Made by a program: the position numbers and the translations under genes. Shown here in pieces: positions 29,982 through 39,605 of a stretch of 64,000 nt of DNA. Position 1 is the stretch's first letter, and each line of letters begins with the position of its first letter. The notes under the pieces are model-generated. The model saw nothing but the letters and a program-made list of their open reading frames with translations. It ran no database searches and was not told the DNA's origin. The DNA comes from an uncultured Methylomirabilota bacterium (GTDB lineage: Bacteria > Methylomirabilota > Methylomirabilia > Methylomirabilales > 2-02-FULL-66-22): the NCBI GenBank assembly GCA_963705305.1, contig OY970067.1, positions 2,528,001-2,592,000 on the forward strand, written 5' to 3'.

Positions 29982-31593
29982 GGGCGGGCTCCACTCCGGG
30001 TGCCAGGGGCTGGCCGCGCAGGTCGGCCGTTCGGGCCCTCTCCCCCGGGACGACCAGGGCATTGCCGAGCAGCTCGTGTACGCCGGCGACCTCCACCCCC
30101 GGCACCCAGTATTCCAGGAGCGTCGGCAGGGTCGCCTTATCGATGGCGCAGATGCAGGCCAGCAGATTCACGTTGTGCCGCTCGTGAACGTAGCGCACCG
30201 CGTTGGCGCGGGGGAGCCCGCCGCGCAGGCGCATCTCCAGGTTCTCATCGGTTCCCAGGCCGGAGCCGCTTCCGCAGCAGAAGGTCTGCTCACGGATGGT
30301 GTTCTCGGGCATCTCGTGGAACCGGTTCAGGACCTGCCGGAGGATGAAGCGGGGCTCTTCGAACAGCCCCATGGCCCGGGCGGGGTTGCAGGAGTCGTGG
30401 AAGGTCACGGTCCAGTGGTCGTTGCGCGAGCGGTCAAGCCTCAGCTTCCCGTGATGGATCAGGTCGGCGGTGAACTCGCAGATATGCACCGCTTTGGTGG
30501 CCCGGGCATGGTCGAAGCGCGTCCCCGTGACGGGCGAAACGGGCACCTCCAGGAAGTCGGCGGGCCCGTTCAGGGTGTCCATGTATTGATGGAAGACCCG
30601 CCACATGTGACCGCACTCCCCTCCCAGGATCCACTTGACCCCCAGCCGCCTGGCCTCCGCGTAGATCTTGGCGTTCAGCCGCTTCATCATCTCGTGGGAG
30701 GAGAACAGGCCGAAGTTGCCCCCTTCGGAGGCGTAGGCGCTGAAGGTGTAATTCAATCCGATGGTGTGAAACAGGAGGAGGTACCCGAGAAGGGTGTAGT
30801 AATGGGGCGTGGCGAAGTAGTCGGCCGACGGCACGACGAAGAGGACTTCGGCCCCCTTCCGATTGATGGGGGCCTCCACGCGGATGCCCGTCAGCTCCGC
30901 CAGCTCGTCCACGGCGAAGTCGAGGCTGTCCTTGAACCCGTGGGGCTGGATGCCCAGGTGATTCCCGATGCGGTAGCAGTTCGCCACCGGCTCCAGCACC
31001 CAGTTGATGTTGCATCCCACCAGGTTCAGCAGCTCGCGGCCGATCATGGTGATCTCGGCTGTGTCGATCCCGTAAGGGCAGAAGACCGAGCAGCGGCGGC
31101 ACTCCGTACACTGGTAGAAGTAGTAGAACCACTCCTTGAGCACTGCCTCGGTGAGATCGCGACCGCCGGCTAGTCTCCCGAAGAGGCGGCCCGCCGTCGT
31201 GAAGTAGCGTCGATACACCGACCGGATCAGCTCGGCCCGCAGGACGGGCATGTTCTTGGGGTCGCCCGATCCGATGTAGAAATGGCACTTGTCGGCGCAG
31301 GCCCCGCAGCGGACGCAGATATCCATGAAGAGACGGAATGAGCGGAAGCGCTCCAGGCGATCCTTCAGGCCCGCCAGGATGATGGCTTGCCAGTTGGGAG
31401 GGAGCTTCCAGTCCTCGTCCGTGGGGGACCACTTCCGGGGATTGGGGAGGCCGAGGTATTCCAGGTGCTTGGGGGCGGCCGGATAGCAGAACACCCCCTT
31501 GCGGAAGGTGACGGATGGATCCTGCCACTCCCTCGCCGGGAGGCGGTAATCGATCTGGGCCAGCTCTGCCCGGGCCGGAGCGTCGTCCGCCAT
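29974..31593 (-). CDS. dsrK: DsrK
   Basis: CVRCGACADKC, GDPKNMP, CTECRRCSVFCPYGID, ECGHMWR, HDSCN, FCCGSG. Confidence 0.95.
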   Translation of the reverse strand: MADDAPARAELAQIDYRLPAREWQDPSVTFRKGVFCYPAAPKHLEYLGLPNPRKWSPTDEDWKLPPNWQAIILAGLKDRLERFRSFRLFMDICVRCGACADKCHFYIGSGDPKNMPVLRAELIRSVYRRYFTTAGRLFGRLAGGRDLTEAVLKEWFYYFYQCTECRRCSVFCPYGIDTAEITMIGRELLNLVGCNINWVLEPVANCYRIGNHLGIQPHGFKDSLDFAVDELAELTGIRVEAPINRKGAEVLFVVPSADYFATPHYYTLLGYLLLFHTIGLNYTFSAYASEGGNFGLFSSHEMMKRLNAKIYAEARRLGVKWILGGECGHMWRVFHQYMDTLNGPADFLEVPVSPVTGTRFDHARATKAVHICEFTADLIHHGKLRLDRSRNDHWTVTFHDSCNPARAMGLFEEPRFILRQVLNRFHEMPENTIREQTFCCGSGSGLGTDENLEMRLRGGLPRANAVRYVHERHNVNLLACICAIDKATLPTLLEYWVPGVEVAGVHELLGNALVVPGERARTADLRGQPLAPGVEPAHV

Positions 31594-31596
31594 GGG

Positions 31597-32589
31597 CTAT
31601 TCCCGTTCCAGCGGCAGGCCCGCCGCGGCGATCTTGTCCCGGAACTCCTCTTCCCACTCGTCGTAGGTGTGGACCGCGACCGGGGGGTTCCAGGGGTTCA
31701 CGTGACGCCTCTCCCGGTTGATGTTGGCCAGGTTCCTGGTCGGGCTGAGGAAGATTCCGGCCATGTGCATCAGCTTGCTGAAGGGAAACCAGGCGGCCAG
31801 CAGGCTGACCAGAAAGATGTGGGTGAAGAAGAGCGGCCCCACCTCTTTCGGGATGACAGGCGAGAAGGTCACCAGGCCGAGGGCGAACTGCTTCACGGCC
31901 ACCGTGTCGATCCGGGCGACGTACCGCATCAGGATTCCCGTGCCTGTCACTCCCAACAGCAGGAAGAGGATGAAGTAGTCGGAAAAGAGCGAGATGTATG
32001 CCACCTGGCCGTTGCGCAACCGCCGGAGCAGGAGGTAGCCCAGGGCCGCCAGGATGAGGAGATCGGACACGTAGAGGTCGGGCGTGCTGATCTGGAAGAA
32101 GGCGTCAACGCTCGCCAGGTGGGTGACGAGGGACGGGATCGGCTCCAGGAAGAACCGGAGGTGACGGAGGAAGATGACCAGGAAGGTCCAGTGGAAGACA
32201 AGGGCGGCCAGCCACAAGAGCTTGTCCTCGCCGTAGGTCAGCCGGACGCCCTCCCGGAGCTGCACCCGGATATTGCGGAAGAGCGATCGGAACAGCCCGA
32301 TCTCCAAAGCCATGCGGGCAGCCACGCCGGCGCCGGAATACGGGCTCTCCAGCCAGCCGGCCTTGATCCAGGGAAGGGATTTCTGCTGTCCACAGGTGGT
32401 GGGGATGCGAAAGGGGACCGGCGCGCGGGACCAGACCAGGACCCGGTAGGTCAGGCCCGCCAGCAGGGTCAGGAGGGCCGCGTACGGCACGACGATCCCG
32501 AAGAGGACACGCAGCCCCTCCGTCTGCCCGCTCAGAAAGGCCAGGGCCGCCAGAAGGACTACCGCGACAAGTGCCGTCAGTGCGCGCAC
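31597..32589 (-). CDS. dsrM: DsrM cytochrome b
   Basis: PVPFRIPTTCGQQKSL, FHW..RHLR, PFSKLMH, SPTRN. Confidence 0.95.
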   Translation of the reverse strand: MRALTALVAVVLLAALAFLSGQTEGLRVLFGIVVPYAALLTLLAGLTYRVLVWSRAPVPFRIPTTCGQQKSLPWIKAGWLESPYSGAGVAARMALEIGLFRSLFRNIRVQLREGVRLTYGEDKLLWLAALVFHWTFLVIFLRHLRFFLEPIPSLVTHLASVDAFFQISTPDLYVSDLLILAALGYLLLRRLRNGQVAYISLFSDYFILFLLLGVTGTGILMRYVARIDTVAVKQFALGLVTFSPVIPKEVGPLFFTHIFLVSLLAAWFPFSKLMHMAGIFLSPTRNLANINRERRHVNPWNPPVAVHTYDEWEEEFRDKIAAAGLPLERE

Positions 32590-32595
32590 CGCCGC

Positions 32596-33171
32596 TCACC
32601 CCGCCCGGCGCCGCTCGTCCCCAGTGGGACGGGCGGCGCCGGGGGCCGTGGCGACCGGCGGCCGCTCGTCTGAATTGATCCGCGCCAGGCCGGACAAGCT
32701 CCGCCTGGCCTCGTTCACCCTGAGCATATAGATGCGCTCCCGGTACCGGACGAAGCAATCGAAGGCCAGCAGCATGAGGTCGTCGATCCGCGCCTCCAGG
32801 ATCGTCAGGGCCTGCTCCCCGGGCGACGGCTGGCCGGCGACCGTCTCCCGGATGACTTTCTTCAGCAGCGGGAGGAAGGCCAGGGCCTGGCCGGGGGTGA
32901 AATCCTGCACGGCCCTGATTTGGACGATCGGGTCCAGCACTCCGGCCAGCCGGGCCGGGTCCATCCCTGCGACGAGTTCATCGAAGAGGGCGGGGAGGCC
33001 GTGCCGCAGGGCGTCCCCGACGGGATTTCGGAAGGGATCCTTTTCGCGCCCGAAGAAATGCGCCGTCTGCGGGGCATACGTGTCCAGGGTTCGCGCGAGC
33101 CAGGCCCCGACGATCCGGCTCCGGCTCGTCGCGAACATCTCCGCCAGCGAAGGCACGTCACCCCCGTTCAT
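32596..33171 (-). CDS. dsrT: DsrT (RsbRD N-terminal domain)
   Basis: DPFRNPVG, IRAVQDFTPGQA, LAFD; immediately upstream of dsrM. Confidence 0.85.
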   Translation of the reverse strand: MNGGDVPSLAEMFATSRSRIVGAWLARTLDTYAPQTAHFFGREKDPFRNPVGDALRHGLPALFDELVAGMDPARLAGVLDPIVQIRAVQDFTPGQALAFLPLLKKVIRETVAGQPSPGEQALTILEARIDDLMLLAFDCFVRYRERIYMLRVNEARRSLSGLARINSDERPPVATAPGAARPTGDERRRAG

Positions 33172-33183
33172 GGACCTGCCTTG

Positions 33184-33504
33184 CTAGACGCAGCCGGTCG
33201 GCTTGGGAAGACCGGCTACCTTGCAGGCCCCCTTCGCCGGCCCCGAGGGGAACAGCGCGTAGATCTCTTTCAGGTCGAACCCGGTTTCCTTGCACACCTT
33301 GCGGACCATGGGGGCAATCTTGAACTTCGTGTAATAGTCGCGGAGGTACTTGACCACCTTCCAGTGGGCCTCCGTCATCTCCTGGATGCCCTCTTGATCC
33401 CTGGCCAGCTCGGCCGCCAGGCTTTCATCCCACACATCTGGGTCCTGGATGAACCCATCCTCGTCCACCTCTATTTGCCTGCCGGCATAGACGACGGTTG
33501 CCAT
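33184..33504 (-). CDS. dsrC: DsrC sulfur carrier
   Basis: DEDGF, LFPSGPAKGACKVAGLPKPTGCV with both C-terminal Cys (CX10C). Confidence 0.96.
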   Translation of the reverse strand: MATVVYAGRQIEVDEDGFIQDPDVWDESLAAELARDQEGIQEMTEAHWKVVKYLRDYYTKFKIAPMVRKVCKETGFDLKEIYALFPSGPAKGACKVAGLPKPTGCV

Positions 33505-33579
33505 AGTCTATCCTCTCCTCTCCTGCGCGTGATCGTCCTGCCGCCGGCCTCGCAGGCCGCGGCGTTGGTTGGGGAAGGC

Positions 33580-35076
33580 TCACACGGGAGCCGACATTCC
33601 TAATCCCTTTCCGGCCAGGGCCGTCTCCACGGGCCTGGCGGCCTTTGTCTGCAGCCCTCCGGCGGCCGCCAGGCGCCTGGCCGCGTGCTGGCGGGCTTGC
33701 CGGATCAATGCGGGTGCCCACTCGGGGGTGCCGGCGGCATGAAAATGCACGAAGGAGGCCAGGACATTTCGATGGGTCAGGCCGTCGTGCGCGCCATCGA
33801 ATCCGGTGCCCCGCTCCACCCGGAAGGCCAAGCGCAGATCCTCCGACCGGGCGGACCGGACATACGAGTAGCGGAACTCGTGCCCCCGAAGCTTCGTCCC
33901 GCAGGGGAAGAAGGGGTTGGGTCCGCTCACCTCGATCACCGCATAGCCGTGGCCCCAGGGCCGCCTGCCGAGCTCGAAGGTGACGGGGAACACGCCCACC
34001 ATGGGATAGGCGGTCCCGTTGATCTGTATCGCCTCGCCGAGATAGATCAGCCCGCCGCACTCGGCGATTACGGGCAGCCCCGCCCCGATCTCCCGACGCA
34101 GCGCATCCCGGAAGCTGCGGTTGGCGGCCAGGGCGGCCGCGTGCGTTTCCGGATAGCCGCCGCCGATATAGAGGGCGTCGACGGGGGGCAGATCGGGGTC
34201 GCCGAGCGCGTTGACCTCCACGATCTCTGCGCCCAGCCGTTGCAGCTGTTCCAGGTTCTCGGGATAGTAAAACGTAAAGGCGCTGTCCCGGACCACGCCG
34301 ATCCGTACGCCGCCCGCCACCGCCTGCGACTCGCTCTCCCCTGACCAGTGGAGCGGGGGGGCGGACGCCGCCAGCCGGAGGATCCCGTCCAGGTCGACGT
34401 GCTCCCCCACCACCCGACGGGCGATGCGGATGGGCTCCGCCACCGAGGGGTGCTCCGCCGGGGTGAGCAGGCCCAGATGCCGCTCGGGGAATTCCAGGTC
34501 GGCAAGCCGTGGCAGGCTGCCCAGGATGGGCAAACCGCAGACTTGTTCCACGGCGGATCGGATCGCCCGCTCCTGGCGGGGCGTGGCCACGCGGTTCAGC
34601 AGGACCCCGGCCAGACGCAGCTCCGGATCCATGTGCTGGCAGCCCAGCACCATGGCGGCCACGGTCCGAGTCGTCTTGGTGCAATCGACGATCAGGACGG
34701 CCGGCGCCTGGAGAAGCTTGGCCAGCTCCGCCGAGCTGGCCGCCGCCTCGGCCCCCACCCCATCGAACAGGCCATGATTGGCCTCGAGGAGGGTCACGTC
34801 GGCCAGGTGCCCATGCTCACCGACCGAGCGGCGAATGTGCTCCTCGCTCATCAGGAACGTATCCAGGTTGCGGCAGGGGCGCCCGCCCGCCCGCGTGTGC
34901 CAGGCGGCGTCGATGTAGTCCGGCCCTTTCTTGAACGGCGCGACGGCGAGCCCCCGCGCCTCCCAGGCGCCGATCAGCCCCAGGGCGATCAGGGTCTTGC
35001 CGGTGCTCCCGCGAAGGCCGCAGAGCATCACCCGGGGGCACGCCGCACTCATCATGCCTTCTGGGTCTCCCATCAT
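33580..35076 (-). CDS. dsrN: DsrN, cobyrinate a,c-diamide synthase-like (siroheme amidase)
   Basis: GKT, FKKGPDYID, PERHLGL, FYYPEN, AECGG, GHEFRY; inside the dsr cluster. Confidence 0.88.
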   Translation of the reverse strand: MMGDPEGMMSAACPRVMLCGLRGSTGKTLIALGLIGAWEARGLAVAPFKKGPDYIDAAWHTRAGGRPCRNLDTFLMSEEHIRRSVGEHGHLADVTLLEANHGLFDGVGAEAAASSAELAKLLQAPAVLIVDCTKTTRTVAAMVLGCQHMDPELRLAGVLLNRVATPRQERAIRSAVEQVCGLPILGSLPRLADLEFPERHLGLLTPAEHPSVAEPIRIARRVVGEHVDLDGILRLAASAPPLHWSGESESQAVAGGVRIGVVRDSAFTFYYPENLEQLQRLGAEIVEVNALGDPDLPPVDALYIGGGYPETHAAALAANRSFRDALRREIGAGLPVIAECGGLIYLGEAIQINGTAYPMVGVFPVTFELGRRPWGHGYAVIEVSGPNPFFPCGTKLRGHEFRYSYVRSARSEDLRLAFRVERGTGFDGAHDGLTHRNVLASFVHFHAAGTPEWAPALIRQARQHAARRLAAAGGLQTKAARPVETALAGKGLGMSAPV

Positions 35077-35092
35077 CCCTCTCGCGAATCCC

Positions 35093-35350
35093 TCAATCGC
35101 CCGAGCCCTTGTCCTGCTGCGAGGGAAGCTCGACGTAGCTCCCGTCGTAGAAGGTGTAGACGCAGCGGCCCGCGTCCGTCAGATGACGCAGCGCCTCCTT
35201 GCAGGCGTCCCGGTTGCAGCGGTCTGCGCCGAAGCGCTCGATCATCGCCTTGGTCAGCTCCGTCGGGCGCAACCGGCGGCTCCCGGTGCTTTCCTTGACC
35301 ATCTGATACATTGCTTCAGCCAGCTCGTCGACGGTCACTGGGTCGGCCAT
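35093..35350 (-). CDS. dsrD: DsrD-family protein
   Basis: 85 aa directly after dsrB; CKEALRHL..GRCVYTFYDGSY resembles the DsrD C-terminal pattern. Confidence 0.7.
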   Translation of the reverse strand: MADPVTVDELAEAMYQMVKESTGSRRLRPTELTKAMIERFGADRCNRDACKEALRHLTDAGRCVYTFYDGSYVELPSQQDKGSGD

Positions 35351-35360
35351 GGAAGCCTCC

Positions 35361-36443
35361 TCACCCCTTGAAGTACAGGGAGCGCTGAAAACTCGTCTCG
35401 GCGTGGCGGTAGTCGTCGATGTGCTGCTTGGTGAACGGGATGCCCGTCTTCTGGAAGAAGCGGGGCCAGCCGATGCGCTCGATCCATTCGCCGATCCGCT
35501 CGTACTTCCGGGCGTCCGCCGCCCAGACATCCACGATGTTCTTCACGGCGGCCACGACCTCGGGCCAGCGCGGCGGATTGTTGGGCAGATAGGGCACGGC
35601 CAGTTTCGAGAACATGGGGGCATGCCGCGCGTGGCTGACCTTGCCCCCCACCCAGATGGAAACGCCGTCGTTCAGCGCGTTGTTGATGGGGAGCGCCGGA
35701 CACACCGTGTAGCAGTTTGCGCAGAACATGCACTTCTCTTCGAGGATCTCCACCGTCTCCTTGCCGTCGATCCGGGTGGGACGGATGGCCGCGGTCGGGC
35801 AGGAGGCGACCACGTTGGGAATCTCGCAGACCTTGGGGAGCCGCTCGTGATCGACCTTCGGCGGTCGACGGTGAACGCCCAGGATGGCGATGTCGGAGCA
35901 GTGGACGGCGCCGCACATGTTCAGGCAGCAGGCCAGCGCCAGGCGAATCTTGGCCGGCAGCGTGAGCGTCGTGAAGTGCTCGATCAGCTCGTCCATCACG
36001 GCCTTCACGATGCCGGAGGCGTCGGTGGCCGCGGTGTGGCAGTGGATCCAGCCCTGCGTGTGGACGATGCTGGAGATGCTGTTGCCCATCCCGCCCACCG
36101 GGAAGCCCTTCGTCTTGAGATCGGCAATCAGGGGCTCGATCCGGCCGGGATCCGTGAGGAGAAACTCGATGTTGTGCCGGCTGGTGAAGCGGACGTAGCC
36201 GCCGCTATACGTGTCGGCCAAGTCGCACAGCTCCCGGATCGTCTGGATGCTCAGAAGGCGGGGCGTCCCCGCCCGCACGGTGTACAGCTTGTCGCCCGAG
36301 GCTGCCACGTGCACCATGACGCCGGGCTTGAGGATCTCGTGGCACTGCCATTGTCCATAGTTCTTCTTGATGATGGGGGGCAGATACTTCTGATAATGCG
36401 GGGGCCCGATATCGGTCTTCCGCTGGACAGTGGTCTCGGCCAT
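35361..36443 (-). CDS. dsrB: Dissimilatory sulfite reductase beta subunit
   Basis: [40 protein letters not shown]. Confidence 0.97.
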   Translation of the reverse strand: MAETTVQRKTDIGPPHYQKYLPPIIKKNYGQWQCHEILKPGVMVHVAASGDKLYTVRAGTPRLLSIQTIRELCDLADTYSGGYVRFTSRHNIEFLLTDPGRIEPLIADLKTKGFPVGGMGNSISSIVHTQGWIHCHTAATDASGIVKAVMDELIEHFTTLTLPAKIRLALACCLNMCGAVHCSDIAILGVHRRPPKVDHERLPKVCEIPNVVASCPTAAIRPTRIDGKETVEILEEKCMFCANCYTVCPALPINNALNDGVSIWVGGKVSHARHAPMFSKLAVPYLPNNPPRWPEVVAAVKNIVDVWAADARKYERIGEWIERIGWPRFFQKTGIPFTKQHIDDYRHAETSFQRSLYFKG

Positions 36444-36500
36444 GGGTGGATTCTCCCCTGTGAGGGCGCCGCGTCCGCCGGGGGGGGCGCCGGATCATGC

Positions 36501-37706
36501 CTAGGCCTGGGTCGGCTCCTCTTCCAAATATTCCTCGTAGAAGACGTACGGATTCTCGCGCGGATGGGCCACCATCTCGGGCTGGGGCTCGACCCCGATG
36601 GCCTCCAGGAAGTTCCCCAGGCCGACCCGCTGGATGAACTCGCCCACGCGCTCGCGGTTCTTGCCCTCCTCGGACCACACATCGATGATCTTGTCCGCCA
36701 GTTTCTTGATCTCGGTGTAGGGGGGCTCCATCTTCATGAAGGGCACCAGGACGGACGAGAGCATGGCGCCCTGCAGGATCGGCGCCTTGGCGCCGATGAG
36801 CAGGGTGGCGCCGCGCTCCGGACCCGGGCGCAGGGCCTTGGGCATCACGTTGATGCAGTGCATACACTTGACACACCACTCGTTGTCGATGAACAGTTCT
36901 TTGCCGTCCCAGGCCATGCACTTGCTGGGGCACTGCGCGATCACCTCGGCCTGGATGTCGATCCCGTCGGTGGCGTACTGCCGGACGGCTGCCGGATCGA
37001 TCTGGATGGGCCCGCGCCAAGTGCCGATGATGCTCATGTCGGCGCGGGCGATGGCCGCCACGCAGTCGTTGGCGCAGCCGGAGGCCTTGAACTTGAACTT
37101 GTAGGGGAACGAGGGGCGGTGCATCGAGTCCTGGTAGTACATGGTCAGGTCATAGATGCATTGCAGCGTGTCGAAGCAGGCCCATTCGCAGCGAGCCGGC
37201 CCCACACAGCAGCTGGGGGTTCGGACCACCGAGCCGGACCCTCCCAGGTCGAACCCGTTCTGGGTGAGATCGCTGAATGTCGGCTCCAGCTCTTCCGTGC
37301 GCGTCCCCAGCAGGATGATGTCGCCCGTGGACCCGTGCATATTGGTGAGGCCGGAGCCGTGCCGCTCCCACAGGTCGCAGACGGCGCGCAACGCCTCCGT
37401 CGTGTAAAACCAGGCGGCCGGATGGTTCACCCGCAGGGTGTGGAAGTGCGCCACGTGGGGAAACTGCTCGGGGAGATCGCAGTACCGCCCGATGACCCCG
37501 CCGCCATATCCGCGAACCCCGACGATCCCGCCGTGCTTCCAATGCCCGATCTTCTGAGCGTAGGAGAGTTCCAGCAGGCCGAGGACGTCGCGGGACATGG
37601 CGTTGCTTTCGGCGGCGCGCTTGATCTCCTTGACGAAACTGGGCCAGGGCCCCGATTCCAACTGATCCAGCTGTGGTGTCTTGGGCAGCGACGTGTCATC
37701 GGCCAT
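36501..37706 (-). CDS. dsrA: Dissimilatory sulfite reductase alpha subunit
   Basis: [29 protein letters not shown]5C (CVGPARC) and CX3C (CANDC), YKFKFK. Confidence 0.97.
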   Translation of the reverse strand: MADDTSLPKTPQLDQLESGPWPSFVKEIKRAAESNAMSRDVLGLLELSYAQKIGHWKHGGIVGVRGYGGGVIGRYCDLPEQFPHVAHFHTLRVNHPAAWFYTTEALRAVCDLWERHGSGLTNMHGSTGDIILLGTRTEELEPTFSDLTQNGFDLGGSGSVVRTPSCCVGPARCEWACFDTLQCIYDLTMYYQDSMHRPSFPYKFKFKASGCANDCVAAIARADMSIIGTWRGPIQIDPAAVRQYATDGIDIQAEVIAQCPSKCMAWDGKELFIDNEWCVKCMHCINVMPKALRPGPERGATLLIGAKAPILQGAMLSSVLVPFMKMEPPYTEIKKLADKIIDVWSEEGKNRERVGEFIQRVGLGNFLEAIGVEPQPEMVAHPRENPYVFYEEYLEEEPTQA

Positions 37707-37745
37707 GAGTCAGCACCTCCCTCGTTGGTGACCCGAACCTGGCGT

Positions 37746-39398
37746 TCAGCGCATCTCGATGTACCCGCAGGGACACTGCTCCGCGCACTTCTTGCAACCC
37801 GTGCAGAACTCCAGCTTGATCCGGTAGGGCTGGCCGGCCTCCGCCGGCTTTTGGATGGCCCGCTCCTGGCAGTACTGCCAGCAGGTATCGCACTCGAAGC
37901 ACATGCCGCAGCTCAGGCAGCGCTTGGCCTCGGCCAGCGCCTGGTCCTCGGCGAGGCCGATGGTCACCTCGCGGTCCGGATCGGCGAACCGCTCCTCCAC
38001 CGGGATCGTCGCCGCGACGGACCGCGGCGCCTTGGGGTAGAATTCCGGTCGCAGCGTCTCCTTGGTGGCCACGGGCGGGGGTGCCGGCTCGGGCTCTTGG
38101 ATGCCGCGGAGCCGCCGATGAATGGTCTCGGCGACGCGACGACCCCGGAAGACGGCCGTGCTCACGATCCCCAGATCCAGGTCGTCCGGCGCGGCGAACG
38201 TGCCGGGGACGGCCGTCTCCCCGTGCGCGTCGGTGGAGACAGATCCTCCCTCGCCCCGTAGGGACTCCAGGCCGACCGTGTCCCGCTCGGCCTTGCCCGC
38301 CACGATGATCGTGCTGGCCGGCAGGAAGAGCTCTGCTTCGGCCCCCCGGGGCTGTCCCGCGTCGGCAACGCGTCGGCAGGTAAGGCCGGTTGCTCGCCCT
38401 GCTTCCATGCGAACGGCCGAAGGAACCGCCTGGCCCTGGATGGCGACCCCCTCGCGCTTGGCCTCTTCGATCTCCTGCTTGCCGGCGGGCATGTCCTCCG
38501 CCTTGCGGCGCGATACGATCGTGACGTGCGCCCCCAGGCGGCGTGCCACGCGGGCCGCATCCAGGGCCGTATCGCCCCCCCCGACCACCAGAACCTCTGT
38601 TCCCACCTCCAGGGGCTCGCCGCCGTTCATGCGGTGCAGGAGCTCGGCCGCGGACAGGACGTTGGGGGCGTCCCCGCCGGGCAGATCCAGGACGACCCCG
38701 CGGTGCGCCCGGATGCCGACGAAAATTGCGGCGTACTCCTGGCGGAGGGCATCCAGTGTGATGTCCTTGCCGAGGGCGCTGTTGCATTGAAAGGCCACCC
38801 CGAGGGTTTCCAGGCGGGCAATCTCTCCGTCCAGCACCGGGCGGGGCAGGCGGAAGGCTGGGATCCCGTACCGCAGCATGCCGCCGAGCTTGGGGAAGGC
38901 CTCGAACACCGTGACCGGATAGCCGCGCCGCGCCAACTGGTAGGCACAGGAGAGGCCTGCAGGTCCGGAACCGATGACCGCGATTCGCTCGGTCTGTCGT
39001 TCCTCGGTGATCGAGCGCAGGGGGAGCTGCCGCTGGAGGGCGTAGTCCCCGACGGCCCGTTCGAGGCAGTTGATCGCGACCGGCTCGTCGACCTGTAGGC
39101 GGCTGCATTGCAACTCGCACTGGTGAGGGCAGGCGCGGCCGCAGCTCGCCGGCAGCGGGTTCTTGTCGGCGAGGAGATAGAACGCCTCCTCCATCGCCTG
39201 GGAGAGAGATTTTCCGTGCTTCTCCGCCAGGGCCAGCGTCATGATGACCGAGCGAATGTCCTGATGGTTGGGGCAGGCCTTGGAGCAGGCCGGGGTCCTC
39301 TCGCTGAAGTACGGGCGCATGGGCGAACCGCCCCGGTCGCTTGGTGGCTGGCCTCCCCCGGATCCGAGTTTGCGCACCTTCTTGACGACAACGGCCAC
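37746..39398 (-). CDS. dsrL: DsrL-type iron-sulfur flavoprotein (divergent)
   Basis: TPACSKACP, NPLPASCGRACPHQC, GSGPAGL, GGGDTA, RCLSCGMCFECDTC, CTGCKKCAEQCPCGYI; GTG start after AAGGAG; directly upstream of dsrA. Confidence 0.8.
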   Translation of the reverse strand: MAVVVKKVRKLGSGGGQPPSDRGGSPMRPYFSERTPACSKACPNHQDIRSVIMTLALAEKHGKSLSQAMEEAFYLLADKNPLPASCGRACPHQCELQCSRLQVDEPVAINCLERAVGDYALQRQLPLRSITEERQTERIAVIGSGPAGLSCAYQLARRGYPVTVFEAFPKLGGMLRYGIPAFRLPRPVLDGEIARLETLGVAFQCNSALGKDITLDALRQEYAAIFVGIRAHRGVVLDLPGGDAPNVLSAAELLHRMNGGEPLEVGTEVLVVGGGDTALDAARVARRLGAHVTIVSRRKAEDMPAGKQEIEEAKREGVAIQGQAVPSAVRMEAGRATGLTCRRVADAGQPRGAEAELFLPASTIIVAGKAERDTVGLESLRGEGGSVSTDAHGETAVPGTFAAPDDLDLGIVSTAVFRGRRVAETIHRRLRGIQEPEPAPPPVATKETLRPEFYPKAPRSVAATIPVEERFADPDREVTIGLAEDQALAEAKRCLSCGMCFECDTCWQYCQERAIQKPAEAGQPYRIKLEFCTGCKKCAEQCPCGYIEMR

Positions 39399-39477
39399 GC
39401 GTGGAGTCTCCTTTCCCCAGCTTTTCGCGTCCTTCCGTGGACGCGTAGAATACGGCTTTCCGCCATCAAGGATGGCA

Positions 39478-39493
39478 GGCAAGGCATTTGCCA
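39478..39493 (-). promoter_or_regulatory. sigma54 promoter of the dsr cluster
   Basis: Minus strand TGGCAA-ATGCC-TTGCC, 80 bp upstream of dsrL. Confidence 0.7.
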
Positions 39494-39558
39494 GGTCCGC
39501 CGAGGGCTGCAAAAGCTTGCGAAATGGACCTTGGGGGAAAGAAGCACAGACGGGGCAC

Positions 39559-39605
39559 GTTACCGAAAGGTAACGGGCGAGGCTGGCACGTTACCTTCCG
39601 GTAAC
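39559..39605. promoter_or_regulatory. Tandem palindromic upstream activator sites GTTACC-N4-GGTAAC
   Basis: GTTACCgaaaGGTAAC (39559-39574) and GTTACCttccGGTAAC (39590-39605), 31 bp apart. Confidence 0.8.

Noticed and set aside
33184..33504. TusE/AspA interpretation of the DsrC-family gene
   Set aside because: Both C-terminal cysteines are present and the gene is inside the dsr cluster
33580..35076. Cobalamin biosynthesis (cbiA/cobB)
   Set aside because: No other cob/cbi genes; position between dsrD and dsrC fits DsrN
35349..38261. Long plus-strand ORFs opposite dsrAB and other genes (also 3716-6082, 7711-10134, 11460-13916, 49024-51771)
   Set aside because: Antisense shadows expected in high-GC DNA; no recognisable motifs
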